DNA of 58,624 bases, counting the filler, from Sphacelaria rigidula (taxonomy: Eukaryota): NCBI GenBank assembly GCA_964200075.2. It is 9 parts of 9 records of this genome, joined end to end, with 100 filler letters (N's around TTAATTAATTAA, not from the genome) between each part and the next. Parts side by side here need not be neighbours in the genome. Positions count along the whole stretch, not along the records: positions 32,627 to 39,051 come from CAXNAA020020150.1; positions 39,152 to 45,576 come from CAXNAA020020151.1; positions 45,677 to 52,100 come from CAXNAA020020152.1; 6 more parts are not named here. One strand, given 5' to 3'. The notes beneath the pieces are model-generated. The model saw only the letters and a program-made list of their open reading frames with translations. It did not search any database and was not told where the DNA came from. Shown piece by piece: positions 35,901 to 48,743 of this stretch (the first letter of the stretch is position 1; every line of letters starts with the position of its first letter). Made by a program: the position numbers and the translations under genes.

Positions 35901-38643
35901 GAGAAAGGTGCAACGACAATCCAGAAAGGGTACTATCTCGAAGGAGCAGCTGCCTAAGGTATGCCGTGGATACCAGTTCTCTCATGTCCTGCCGTACTAG
36001 GCTGCATAAAGCACGGGTGCTATATGGATCCCCCTCTGATGCGGCCGACGAATCCCGAGCGACAATAGTACTCGTGGCGCGCGTTTCCAGTTACGCATGA
36101 CATTCCGCGTGACTACAGAAATATTGTACCGGTGTGGAATAGAAAACGCGAAGATGTACCTCTCCTGCAATAAAGCCCGAACCTGTTTGACAACAAACAA
36201 TCGCTGAACAACATTCGCGGTTTCCAGTGGACACCTCCAAACAAGCTCACGTTGAACGAAAACACATGATGCATGTGGTAATTCTCAGCACAAATTAATT
36301 TGTTTTCAAGTGATCCCGTCACAAATATATCGCAATGTGCTTGTCGTAGTTCTTGGTAGTAGACAGCGAAACATATCTCACACACATGTGATCCCGCCAC
36401 AAAATAGGCGGAAAAATTCAATGGCGTAGCTTCTGCCCACGTTCTGTGTTTCTCAGATGGCTGCGTCACAGTCTGCTTCCATGCCATTGCTTCTTGCAGA
36501 CCCCTGTCGGGTTTTTCTCAGGGCCGATGTTGTGGTTGATGTTATCTTTTTGTCGTTGTTGCGTTGCTGTGAACCGGTGGTTCCTCGACGACACTTGTTG
36601 GAAATATCCTACACGTGGGGGGTACCCGCACAATCCCTCCACCCCTTTTTTGAGCCTCTTCCAGTCGAATCGGATTTCATTGGTGTGGCCAGTGTGGAAA
36701 GGGGGTTACTCGTTTATGTGGTGGTACCCATATTGCACCTCTTTTCCCCTCTTTGTATTCTCTTCTTGGAAATAAATCTGTCTTCTCCCCTCCTTTTCAC
36801 GACTTTCCTGTAGGTAGTGTTTCCGAGAACTTCCTCTACATACGCACATCTTGTGGCATCGGCTGGATTATGATTCCTAGCGTGTAGCGTAAATAATAAA
36901 TACAGTCACATCAATGAACAAGCCACGCTTGGGCACTCATTGTATTACTCAAGATGCCAATGAAAACCAAGGTTCTGCTGTGTACGGTACAGTATATATA
37001 CCTGGGAATTGTGGGGGATTTTCGGTTCACATACTGAACCAAAAATACGTGTACAGGACATTCCGATATGGTTCGGAAGCATTTCAACCTCTTTTCGGAG
37101 CAGTCCGGTATGGTCTGGAAGGTCATTTACCGATTTAAAAAAAAAGCTCTTCTGTATTTCTGTAGAAACTCGATTTTCAGCCGGAATGCCCTAGAGAACA
37201 CATTATTGGAAAACTGAAAATGATGCGACCCCGGAAGTACACGAAATATGGTACAAAGATGCTATACCGACGAATCGTCGATATCGAAAAACCTTGCAAC
37301 TGCTGTACACAAAACAAGGAACTGAAGTCCACCTGGAAAATATTAATCACACATGGCACATCATGAATACCCGCCGTTGGCAGATATCAACAAAGGACAT
37401 ACATATCTGAGAAAAAAAAAACCCCGTAAATCTTACCTTAGACAAAATGGTGAAGGACTTGGCAATTGGGTTTAGCACCCAGGACAGCACGATGATCACC
37501 GGGAGAATCCGCCTGGCCACCACCTCCGCGTTGTTCACCCCGAGGGCCTTCGGCAACAGCTCACCGAAAAATAGTGTCGTGACCGTCAGAGCTGCCGTCG
37601 CGTAAGCCAGGCCTGCAGACCCGAACATCTGACGTGTTTTGTTTTTATTTTGTTTTTTCGGGAGGAGGGTTCATGTTGTGATCTTTACTTCCTCTCACAA
37701 TGATGATGATGGTGTGCGCGTCACAAGATACATATCAACAGCGTCACTGCGGTGCATTGCGCGTGCGCGTATGTGCATGTCGCGTAGGGTGATTCGCCGA
37801 TGGCCAGCCAGATGTGAAAATGACCCTACAGACCGCAGGATTGAGCTCACCCCTCCCTTCCTCCCTCCCGGCCTTGTAGGGATGCGAGGTCAATGGTCAT
37901 GACTTCGACATGCAACATCATGAGTGCACCCCTGTCCCCCCTCTGTCTCCTCTGAGGCCGTCAATGAAGAAGAAACTCCAGCCGAAATCTTCCCTCTGTG
38001 TATTAATCAGCATACACACTTGAGAACGCGTTCGCCATCAAGGGATCTCCCGCGTGGATGGAGTTAAAAAAACCCAGGGGTTTCTGTACTCACCGTGTTG
38101 GGGACACGGTTACGGGCTTTGAAAGCACTAGTCTGGTGAACAGCTCACCCAGGAGGGCTACATTTTCATCGGTTCAAGTATTAAGGATGTGTATCACATT
38201 ATTAAACAAGAACGGTTTCACGGTTAGGACGCATCATCACGATTACAAATCATCAAATTCAACGATTTCTTCGGCCTGATCGCCCAAAAGGGAGAGAAAA
38301 GTTGACCTCTTGTTCAAGGGGTATCCACGCAACGTTTGCGCCATTCCACGTGTCTGGGCTGCGTGCACCTGGGTTGCAACGCTGAAAAAAAAGCCTGGGG
38401 ATTGATTAGTACGATTCGAATCAATTATACTAAAACCAGGTAATTTCCAGATAACTCATTATTTGTCCGACCCTTGAACGCTTTCAAAAGAAGGGGGTTT
38501 TAGATGTGGAGGTGCGGAGGGGCATTCTTTTGATGTTTTACCTGGATGGCGAGGTTGGTGAACAGAGCCGCATTGTAAATGGTGCACACCGTGGTGGCCA
38601 CCAGAATGGTAGTGAGCACTCGAGTGATGTCCTTGTTCAGCAC
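32956..38643 (-). CDS. CNNM/DUF21 transmembrane plus CBS domain protein (HlyC/CorC family metal transporter-like), partial; exons 38643-38542, 37628-37437, 34410-34264, 33048-32956
   Basis: Four phase-0 exons with AG/GT ends; peptide DITRVLTTILVATTVCTI..FGSAGLAYATAALTVTTLFFGELLPKALGVNNAE..VSEEELRLIV..GGIESEEGMMIEGVLDLQDTKIHEIMRPRVEVIAI carries the FGEI.PK, SEEEL and IM.PR family signatures. Confidence 0.92.
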
Positions 38644-38936
38644 CTGCGGATATACACAAGAGAAACATGGAGGACTAAAGGTGACCGATGGACAGCGAAG
38701 GAATAAAATCGCGCGCCTGCTTTGCACCTGTGTTACACCGCATACTCTTGGGCAAGAAGAACCCCCCCCCCCTATCAAAGTTGGCGGTTTGGCAGAGGTG
38801 GATCATTCCGATAGCGTCAGTGTCGGCGTTACTACAACACTAGCGCTGTCATCGTACGGCCAATAGTTTTTTGGCGGGAGGGACGGGGTGCCACAATCTA
38901 CAATGCACGGTGCATCGTACAGCTGGGGGGGGGGGT

Positions 38937-39001
38937 GTACTCATTTGTTGCTTGCGTTAGTCGTTCGACCATTGACCATACGTCCCTTTCGAGACGGAGC
39001 A
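38937..39001 (+). repeat. G-tract-anchored short repeat, subfamily A
   Basis: Consensus match, G tracts on both sides, near contig end. Confidence 0.9.
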
Positions 39002-39185
39002 TAACAGCTGGAGGGGGGAGGGGGGGGGGTGGGTGTGGACTGCGCCAAGTTNNNNNNNNNNNNNNNNNNNNNNNNNNNNNNNNNNNNNNNNNNNNTTAAT
39101 TAATTAANNNNNNNNNNNNNNNNNNNNNNNNNNNNNNNNNNNNNNNNNNNNCCGCGCAGATATCGGAACGGCTTTTAATGTGAAG

Positions 39186-39225
<40 letters not shown>
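39186..39225. repeat. (CAA)n microsatellite abutting the truncated Gypsy RNase H
   Basis: Read directly. Confidence 0.95.
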
Positions 39226-39226
<1 letters not shown>

Positions 39227-39667
39227 CGCTGTGCCAACGCCTTCGACACAGACGTCACGCATGCCTCCGGGCTGAAAATATACGCTAGATTTCGGTGATC
39301 CGTGAAAATGTGCACGCCATTCCACAATAGATGCTCGAGACAACGAAAAGTGCTCACGACAGCAACACCTTCCTTGTCAATGGTTGCCCAACGCATCTGT
39401 GAGCCCTTGAAATTACCACTGAGAAAAGCCGGCGGTTCATGCGTCATGTCAACTGGCAGCCGTCGTTGCATTTCGACATCAGGCACCTGCGTGACAAAGC
39501 TACCCCAATGACACTCGGATACATCCGGAAACATCAGCACCTGGCAACCGGGGCCGGGATGGAACAGCGTCACGGCATGAGCCACCAGATCCTTCGCTGC
39601 CGCCCATGCCTGCAGCCTGTCCTCCGTCCACGATGCGGGCGGAATACCGAGGTTTTTGGCCACCCGC

Positions 39668-39917
39668 GACACTTTCTACGATAGCCCCCCCCCCCAAAAG
39701 TGCACGGTTTTGAGAGGCAAAATCTTCACGTAAATCGAAATGGGAGAAGCCGAGCACAACGAGCAGCTGGGAATTGTCACGCTTGGGTTAGTTGCAGCCA
39801 ATGTCGCCAATATGAGGCGCTTCATACAGCCTGAACCCAAACATCAGGCGCTGTATGGTCATTTTTTTCGTGGCACTTTCGGGCTGGTTTTGCGGGGGGG
39901 CTATCGTAGAAAGTGTC
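39668..39917. mobile_element. 250-bp MITE inserted in Gypsy pol
   Basis: TIR GACACTTTCTACGATAGCCCCCC; 4-bp TSD CCGC; removing it restores RAKRVAKN. Confidence 0.95.
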
Positions 39918-42076
39918 CCGCTTCGCGCGCCTTGCAGCCCCCACCATGAGTTCTTCTAGGAAAACGCGCAAGGGCGCCACTACTTCGGCCATACGTGGCA
40001 AAGAGGTACGCAACCAGTTGATTGCGTGCAGGAATTGCATTAGTTCTGCTGCTGGTTCTGGACGCCGCATGTCAGACAAACCTTGCAAGCGGACCGGGTT
40101 ATGCGAGACGCAGCCGTGTGAACATACTTCCCCACACCACACTAATTCGCGAGCAAAAAAGGTACACTTGCGGGCAGCTGCAAACAGACGAACACTCTCT
40201 AAGCGAGCCAAAATTGCATCAAGCGTATCCAACAGTTCGTCTTTCGTATCTGCGAAGAAAAACATATCTTTCACCCAGATCTTGCCTTCCAAGCCATCTA
40301 AAAGGTCTATCATGACACCTTGAAAATAGAATTCAACACGCCTTGCGGTACTCGTTGCGGGGTAAACATGCCAAACGGAGTCGTGATGGTCAATATCTCT
40401 TGCGCCTCTTCGGCCAACGGCATCTGCCAGTACACCTGTAGGAGGTCCAACTTATCGAAACATCGCGCGCTCAACAGGTCTATCATGTCGGATTCCTGGT
40501 TGGGCATTACACCCAGCGACTTCTCCACCTGATCATTGACGGCTCCGTAATCGCTGACAAGACGGAAAAAATCCTTCTTCGGCACCGCCATCGCTGGACT
40601 GGACCACACTGCCTGCAGATTCCTGAACACCAACCCAAACGCCACAAGAGCTCCCATGCAAGAAGCTAACCAACTGGACTTTACCGGACCATAACTCGTC
40701 GGTTTTGCCTCCACCGCGGTCGCCCCTGGCTTTAGTGTAACCCTCATGGGTTCCACGCGCGCAGGGGAATCACACATCAGCGCACGACGAAACGCGTTAA
40801 CGTGGCGATACAATATGTCACGCAAGTGCTCCGCTTTTGAGACGTTGAGGCCATTTGCCAGAGCATCCGTCACGCTCTCCTCCAGCGCAGCCATTTGCGC
40901 GAACTCCTCTTCTGCCGGCTCCATAAACATGCCGGGACCACGCTCCACCAAGCGTTCCACCGCCTCATTCCGCTCCTCGGACACCTACCCCCCCGCCTCC
41001 TGGAGAGCATCAACCGACAACCTCACTCTGCGACTGGCCAAAAAAGCAGGCGTCTCGACACTCGAACCGGGCGACGGCGTTGCGTTATTAGGGACTCCAA
41101 CAGCCGATCATACGGATCGACTCCGAGTCTCCGAAGCGTCGGTAAGCCCGACAGAACGACACCATCCGTCCCCGGCATGATTGCAAACGATTTTGGGGGT
41201 AATTTTGCTGGCCCCCAGGTAGTCCTGAACGCCAACTGTAGGGGAATCGTACGCTCCGTGACATTTATACGTTGCCCCGATGCGGTGATGGCCTGCCGCG
41301 CCCCGAGCGAGAATGGAATGAGGATTGGCTCACCAGGGAGTAGACGCTCCAGCATTTCCACAATCAGCACCGACACGCTTGTGAAATGGGCGCCTGAATC
41401 CAACATAGTGTTGGCCGATATGGCTCCCCGCGCCCGTTGATTTGGGAGATATAACTCTGCAGGAATATATTTTTCTTGATCCTCGACCGGCACCTGCTTC
41501 GCCGACTGATTTGTCGTGATCCCCACTTGGCGCCAAGGCTGCACGTGCAGCGCAAGCATAGACGTCTCCGCTGGGGTCACCGGCACCGCCGGCGGGTACG
41601 AAGCCCCGCCCGCAGAACCAAATTGCAGCGGTACTAAGGCGCACGCAGCAGCGGATCCAAATTTCCGCTGAAATCCGGCCGGCACAGCAGCAGGCGTCTC
41701 GCCTTGCTCTGCTGCCGGTGGCGCCGGCACCGAGCCCGACACTAGAGTGGCCGGTCCCACCTGCACCGCCCATTGCGGAGCAGCAGCCCCTGCGGCTGAG
41801 CTGGACCCAGAACCGGACCCCTGCTGACGCCGCCGCTGCTGCTGCTGCTGCTGCTGCTGCTACTGCTGGGAACTCGACTGTACACCTCCACTGCTGGAGG
41901 ATCCGCCTCCGCCACCACCCCGATTACCTTTTCCTCCTTTGTGATTACGAGGGCGCGGCACTCGTCTACCCAGACTCCCCCTCGGAAGGCGTTGGGCTCT
42001 TGCGTGCGTAGTGGCCTACCTGGCCACACTGAAAGCAAGTGATATTGGCGGCGGCACTGCCTGCGGATTTTGATCC

Positions 42077-42501
42077 AACAGTGGATTCTCGAAAATGGGG
42101 TTGACAAAACAAATGAGGTTCAATTCAAAAGCCGTTCTTTCCCTGACCTAAATTCATGACATACGACTTTTATATGGACCACCCCATCCCTCCCAACCTC
42201 CCTAAAACTATTTCACGCGTCTCCTAGCCTTGCGTTCCTCCAAAGGGTATGTGCGAAAGCACACGTTTGTCTCGATTTCGGGGTGAGAAAAAGGACGTTT
42301 TTTGGCCCAAAAATCGTGCTTTCGCACGTACCCTTTGGGGGAACGGAAGTCTAGGAATCCCCCAAAATAGTTTTAGGGAGGTCGGGAGGGATGGGGTGGT
42401 CCATATGAAAGTCATTTGATATGAATTCAGGTTAGGGAAAGCACGGCTTTTGAATTGAGCCTCATTTTTGTTTTCAACCCCATTTTCGAAAATCCACTGT
42501 T
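42077..42501. mobile_element. 425-bp foldback MITE inserted in Gypsy gag
   Basis: ~190-bp inverted arms starting AACAGTGGATT.TCGAAAATGGGGTTGA; 4-bp TSD ATCC; removing it restores SRNRGSKSAG..CFQCGQVGH. Confidence 0.95.
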
Positions 42502-43687
42502 ATCCGCGGTTACGCGAGCTCGAAGACTGCGGCGACGAAGTGGATGATTTCCCGAATACTTCAATTTTCCGCCATGCCTGAGCCTCAGCCATCACGGTAT
42601 CCATAACTAGTACGGGTCTGACTTCCAATTGGTTTCGTGCTGTAATTGCACAAGCACGGCCTGTTTGAATTCCGCCGGTGCCAGGCCCTCCACCATCGCT
42701 TTCGTGATCACCGCAGCGGGCCCTGGACCGAATTTGCCATCGGAGGAACCATAAACCCTCTCGACGTTGGGATTTTCCGAAAAATATGTCTCCAACTTTC
42801 CCATGATTGGCTCCACCCTCTCACGCATGGTCTTCCCCTTGTGGTCCATGGCGACAGCCTTCGTCACTGCCGCGGGCGCCTGCGTTAGCTCTACCTCAGC
42901 GCCCGCTGCATGCCCTGCATGCTTCTTGATCACTGCAGCCAATTGCAGCGGCGTTATTGTGTTCTTCTCATGGAGTCTTCTCGCAAAAACGCGATGGAGG
43001 GGGGTAGGCACGAGTTGTGCCATGGAAACCACCAGATGCCTCACCGCACCCCCCGCATTCGCATGCTCCACCCGCTTCTTGTATTTCAAGTATTTCGTAC
43101 AATACGAACGAGAAGGACGCTCAGAATACAAATCCCCGTAACTAGGAGACCGCAACTCTTCTCTCAGAACAACTGGTATTACGGTCGTCTCCGCTGGCTC
43201 TTCGGCCGGTACCTCTGTAGTCGACATTTATGAGCGGCCCTAATCGAAGGCTTCTGAACCTCCTCGAAAACTCCACAGTTCAGACCTGCCTTTGTCGCCG
43301 CATCACACAGCGGTGGGATCCTATAAACTCCCACTGCACGCAACTTCAGCAACTCTCCAGTCTGGATGAATCACGGGCCAGTCACCTTTGCAGCTACCTC
43401 AGCTTGAAACCTCCTCGCGCGTCCGTGAAGCAATATGTACGAAGCTGTCCAGACTCCTCTCTACTGAAAAGTTTCCAGAAGTCACTAACGATAGCACAAC
43501 TAGCACGACTAGCACTAATATCGATATTGTGACGCCAGCAGGCTGCTAATACTGCAGCGTCAAATGTTGTCAAGGGACTGCCCAGTTCCACTGGCCTCAG
43601 ATTTCAGTTTTCAGCCTTCACAACAACTTTCATTATCATGGAGTGCCACACAGTCACATGCTCCATAAACCACATCAGTGTATCACC

Positions 43688-43937
43688 GACACTTTCTACG
43701 ATAGCCCCCCCCCCCCAAAAGTGCATGGTTTTGGGAGGCAAAATCCTCACGTAAATCGAAATAGGAAAAGCCAAGCACAACGAGAAGCTGGAAATCTCCA
43801 CGCTTGGGTTTGTTCTAGCCAATGTCGCAAATATTAGGCGCTTCATGCAGCCTGAATCCGAACATCCGGCGCTATATGGCCATTTTTTTCGTGACACTTT
43901 TAGCTGGTTTTGGGGGGGGGCTATCGTAGAAAGTGTC
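43688..43937. mobile_element. 250-bp MITE (second copy) inserted in the candidate Gypsy LTR
   Basis: Same TIRs and length as 39668-39917; 4-bp TSD CACC. Confidence 0.95.
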
Positions 43938-44037
43938 CACCCCTGTGTCCATGTCATCATCCATTTCATCACTACAGAGCCCAAGTCATCATCCAATCAT
44001 CACTATATACTCAATGTGACGGCGTGATTTCGTCACA

Positions 44038-44937
44038 CCCTCCACGAGGCTCAATATGCCCTCTGTAGTAGCATGCCACTGTCATTGTGGCAGCTGGACC
44101 ATCCAAAACAAGACTGGAAAACTTAAAACCGAGTTGGTCAGCATATTCTGGATCGTTTGGTCGGACAGATGGCGCGCGAGATCCTACAACCGTGCGATAT
44201 TGATTGAGAATAGACTGTACGTTGACATCGCTCGCATTGCCGATTGCTATACTATCAGACAAACGAGGCAAGCGTTTAACATCTGTTTGAGTAAATGTGA
44301 CCGTTTTCGGTCTGGAAAATATTTCAGCATACGACAACTGCTGGACAGAATTTTCCACTGTGGAGTGATGCTGCGATAGGGTCTGCACTTTTGGGGCTAA
44401 AACCTGCCTGATTTAGGGGTTCCTAAATTAGGAACTACGCAAGAATATGGGTCAGGATATCCCCGTTTGCAAATTCATTCGGGATATCCCTAGCAAATTG
44501 GGAGAAAAACCCTGGCGTACTCTCACCTATTTCGAAAGTCGTGTTTTGGATGAGATAAAGGGTTCGTAACAACTCTACTCTCAGGCCGTAAAAGTGCTGA
44601 CCCTATCGCAGCATCACTCTGTGGCTGAGGGCGCCGAAGTTGAGGATATACTAGAATTATTGTTTTTATTGGACGCTGTCAGGCTCGCCAGAGTATTTAT
44701 GATTTGAAGTCCTCAGTCCGGGATGTCCTCGCCTGGCCTGCGGCTGTCCAGGAGGTCGTCCAATGTAGCCTGCGGCTTGTCGAGTGTTGACTGCAGGTCG
44801 AGTGTTGTCCTTGAAGACGTATTCAAAGAAGGTTGGGTTCTTGAAGGATTGTTCTGCTTCTCCTCTTCCGTTCCATTTTCCATAGCGGAATTCGTAAATG
44901 AGTCGACATTGTTTATTAGTTCGACGTTTCCAGACAT
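44038..44937 (-). pseudogene. Decayed ORF of unknown family, split by a MITE and cut by the Gypsy LTR
   Basis: After removing the MITE and one TSD the frame runs MSGNVELINN...IPD*GLQIINTLAS..SAPSATVENSVQQLSYAEIFSRPKTVTF..YYRGHIEPRG with one stop. Confidence 0.45.
44363..44619. mobile_element. 257-bp MITE with GAG termini
   Basis: TIR GAGTGATGCTGCGATAGGGTC.GCACTTTT; 4-bp TSD TGTG. Confidence 0.92.
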
Positions 44938-45524
44938 TTTGATTTACAATCTGGTCTTCAGATACGTATGGACTGACAGGCAGGTTCGGTGTAAATGATA
45001 GATTACCCTGTGTCCAGGGCGCTTCCAATTTCAATTTATTTCGGTGTTTGTGACGTTGCAGTCTCGGATTTCGGCGATGAAACCAGAGTGGTCTCGGCTG
45101 GGTTCTTTTACTCTAAAATGAAGGTGTGCCGCACGCACCCGGGGTATGATGTGTCGTTGCAAGGAAGAGTAAAGTTGTACTGAAGCATAAGTCGTGTTCG
45201 TGTTATCGCCGTCGCCCTACATTCGTAAGGGCCCGCAGCAAGCCGGTGCTGATACGCGAGCTGTTTCCCGGTAAATTCCCGCTAGGTCGTCCTGCACCAG
45301 TCCCAGCCACTATCATTCCTATTTTCAAGTACACGTACACGACTTGCTTCCCGGTATGCCATAGACTATAAGTTGCAAATTGCTGTTTTTCGGGCAGACA
45401 GGAGACAATCTCAAGCGTGAAGAAGCTGCACGGTGGGCCGAGGGGTCCCATATCGGGATATGACGGCACCACCACCCTCCAGGTCGCCCAAACCTCATTC
45501 TGGGGCCGTAGGAGGGGGGGGGGC

Positions 45525-45576
45525 GTACTCATTTGTTGCTTGCCTTAGTCATTTGACCATTGACCACGCATCCCTT
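45525..45576 (+). repeat. G-tract-anchored short repeat, subfamily A, cut by contig end
   Basis: Consensus match. Confidence 0.9.
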
Positions 45577-46767
45577 NNNNNNNNNNNNNNNNNNNNNNNN
45601 NNNNNNNNNNNNNNNNNNNNTTAATTAATTAANNNNNNNNNNNNNNNNNNNNNNNNNNNNNNNNNNNNNNNNNNNNAAGTTGTGAGCTGAAATTTCGGGA
45701 AGACGTTCTGCACCCAAGGAACGGATAGTTCACGAGTCCAGCTGCAGATTCTCCTTTTTTTCCTGAACTTATTATTATTCATTTATTTCCGAAATTTCGA
45801 ATCGCCATAACTTCCTCATTTTTTATTCTTTATTTTCTTCTGTCGTGATCTTCTGCATTTCAATCATAAAAAGCTGTTGTCAAAATTTCAGCGTCCAACT
45901 CCCAATATCTCGCCGTGCGTCGCCTGAGCGAGGTTCGCGCCTACTCTTGGCTGGCCCAGCTCGTACATGGCTTGAAAAGCGGTTTGAGTCATGGCTTTCT
46001 TTTCAGTATGCTCATGAGTCGAGTGCGGCAATGAAGCTTTCACGAAGAAGAGGTGTGCGATGCATACGTTTTCACGAAGTTGAACAAGCAAGAGACCAAC
46101 TGCGTTCCAGGCGTGTTGGATACTTATTTGATTCTAGTTTCACGTATATTCTTTGGCTGTTGCACTCCATTTGACGTCCAAGATTTTGCCGGTATGGAGT
46201 CAGGAGACTTGTTCGGGGCATGGGTTTGAAACTTGGGCGTCAGCTATCGCTCCGTGACTCGGAGCGATGCCAGTAGCGTGATTACGTGTTCATGATGGGC
46301 AGTTTAGATCTCTTGCGAGTTGTTCGGGAATCGGACAAGCTTGTATAGCTGTCATCGTATACTGTGGTAGAAATTATCATTCTCGGTGGAAATTGATGGT
46401 GGACTTTTGCAACAATGATGTCTGAGTATATCAAGCTCTAGGTTGACTACTTGTCGGCAGTAATCGAGCTTTGGGGTTGCTATAGACTCCGGGCAACATT
46501 GTTACCGTGGTTGGGTACATGATTGCAGTGGAGAAAATGCATAGCAGGCGTTTATTGGCTGCTTGATCAATAACCGGTCTGAGAGTATGATCGATAGACT
46601 CCGTGATGTAAGATGTTTAAATACGAGGTACGCCGGTTGATTTTGGTTTTAACGAAGACTGCTGTTCGTATAGCTGCTTGAGTCTTGAAGTCTCTGGAGC
46701 TCGTGATAGGAAGGACTCTGGAACAGCACTGTGACGTTGTTCTGATTCCAGACAGGTCTACAGGGCT

Positions 46768-48300
46768 GTGTGCCATCCACTGTCCCCTCTAGTTGTCGCG
46801 GGACCATCTCACCCGCTTCCGAGTCTCCACAATGCCAGCATTTCCTCACAAAATCCATCACATGAGCTTCCATCCGAAACCAATATCAATACTCCTGCAG
46901 CCGCTGCAGTGTCGCCACAATGCCCCGATGGCCTGTCTCCGTCATGTGAGTACACACCATCAAGCGTGTTTGCGGCTCTTTTGCTGGCGGCGGGATCCAC
47001 AACACATTCCGCCCTGCTACATGCACGCGAAAGAAACCCTCACCGTCTTTCGAAACTCGCCCAATAGCTGCTGCAAAACTAGGGGCTCAAGCAACCATCA
47101 CTCCGAACCCGGCTTGAGCCTGCTCTTGGGCCTCACGAATAGCGTTCTTCGACGGCACCCCCCTGCAGCTTCGAGCATGCAAGGAGTATATCCAGCTACG
47201 CGCTGGTCCGGCGGCACTTCCGCCAACCCGGCATCCACCTCTCCTTCAAGCAGACACCCCTGCGAATTATCTGAACGATCTCTCGCCATGTCACTGGCAC
47301 AGATAGATTCACCATGAGAACGGCAAGCTCCTAGCTCACCCTGCTTGCTCGCAATACGCGAATAACACCCCGCTTCAGCTTCGAGCATGCAAGGAGTATC
47401 TCCAACTACGCGCTGGACCGTCGGCAATAAGCAACTCGGACCTCCGCCCACTAGTACTTGCTCATTGGTCCATGTAGTTCTAACCCTCTCAATATCGCCA
47501 ACAGCAGCAGCAGTATCACCCATACTCACTATAGCCGCCACCTCCTGTCCGACTTGCTCCTCGACGGCAATAGCGGCAACGCCTCTAGCACTCTCGTGCC
47601 GGCGCACTCGGACAAGCCTATGTTGTGTCGCCTTTTTGCCGGTCAATATGACGTCCCTGTCTGCACCGCCGCCGACCTTCACACTATCTTGCACCACACT
47701 CGGCGATGCATAAGATGCATGCTTGCGCAGCGCAAAGAGCAATTTCTCTTGCCCAACATCATTCGCATTATCCAAAAATGTGTCACATAGACAGTCCTCG
47801 ATATGTGCGGGCATGAGGTCAGAGACCGCTGGCTCCTCAACAACGTGCCAGCGTGCTCAACGCTCGTTCGTTGCGTGCACCTCACGACGGTAGTTCTCAT
47901 ACTTACGCAGAAACTTAGCAGATTTTTCACTTGAGAACTTGCGACCGTAGCAGGGCATATCCAAAAATCGAACACGGACAGGGCGACTATCGATGACAAC
48001 ATATTGTCGCGGCGCACGAACAACATGGCCGTCCACCGCGACATACTCCTGCACCTCGTACATTTCGGTCAGTAGTACAGCACTCCACAACGCCTTTTTT
48101 GAAAAACAAAGTCGCCTCCCACTCACAGGAACAACAACTCTCTCCGTACACCGAGACGCGCTTGGCCACCAAACGACAATGGCCACAGCGCCTCTTCCTC
48201 ACGCAGGTGTCACCACGTGCTTGAAGTCCTCCTCTTCCTGACCGTACGTGGCCAAGCGTGGAACAAGCAACTCTCGCTGGCTCCACCAGGAAGTCATTGC
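46768..48300 (-). mobile_element. Gypsy derivative: gag N-terminus joined to the integrase zinc-binding region, lacking PR/RT/RH
   Basis: gag YGRKFSSEKSAKFLRKYENYRREV resembles the gag at 43227; integrase RLMVCTH...GHRG..ATLQRL..YWFRMEAHVMDFVRKCWHC homologous to 50600-50830; boundaries approximate. Confidence 0.78.
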
Positions 48301-48743
48301 GCCGATTTTTCTATAACGATCTTGGGCTCGCCAGCTGTCGATCGACCGCCCGCACCTCACGCACGAGCGATACCACAGTCCGCACAGCACTGCCTCAGAA
48401 CCTCCTCGGCCCTACTTCTCCAGCTCCTCCCGACGTTAACACGCCTTGAGCTCGTCTTGTTTGCTGCAAACTGATCAGGCCTGCAGACTTCCCTATCTTG
48501 AAGTGCCAGCTGCTTTTTAGCAGACCTACCGCTAGTCAGCGGACTTAATGAACGTTCATTATAGACTTCTGTCACTCAAGATCAGATTGCCATGTGGACT
48601 TCTCCAATCAACAGCACATGAACTTCTCCACCAGAGTAACAAAACCGGGGTCTTTCGTCATGGAGGTCACCCATCACCGAGTCCGGCAATCAGACCCACA
48701 ACTCCACCTACACAATGGCCCCAACCTTAGGTAAAAATGGTGA

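Larger units (their letters stand above)
39226..44037 (-). mobile_element. Ty3/Gypsy LTR retrotransposon, decayed: candidate 5' LTR (43528-44037), gag with zinc knuckle, protease, RT, RNase H; integrase missing
   Basis: gag from 43227; CFQCGQVGHYARK knuckle; protease MLDSGA; RT RLVSDY, KLDL..YWQMPL, TPFGMF..RVPQG, catalytic motif degenerate (WVKD); RNase H FPDVS..WATIDKEG..IFTDHRNL; candidate LTR bounded by TGTGACG..CGTCACA. Confidence 0.92.

Noticed and set aside
32627..45576. Functional link between the CNNM gene and the neighbouring Gypsy and MITEs
   Set aside because: They lie on different, arbitrarily joined contigs
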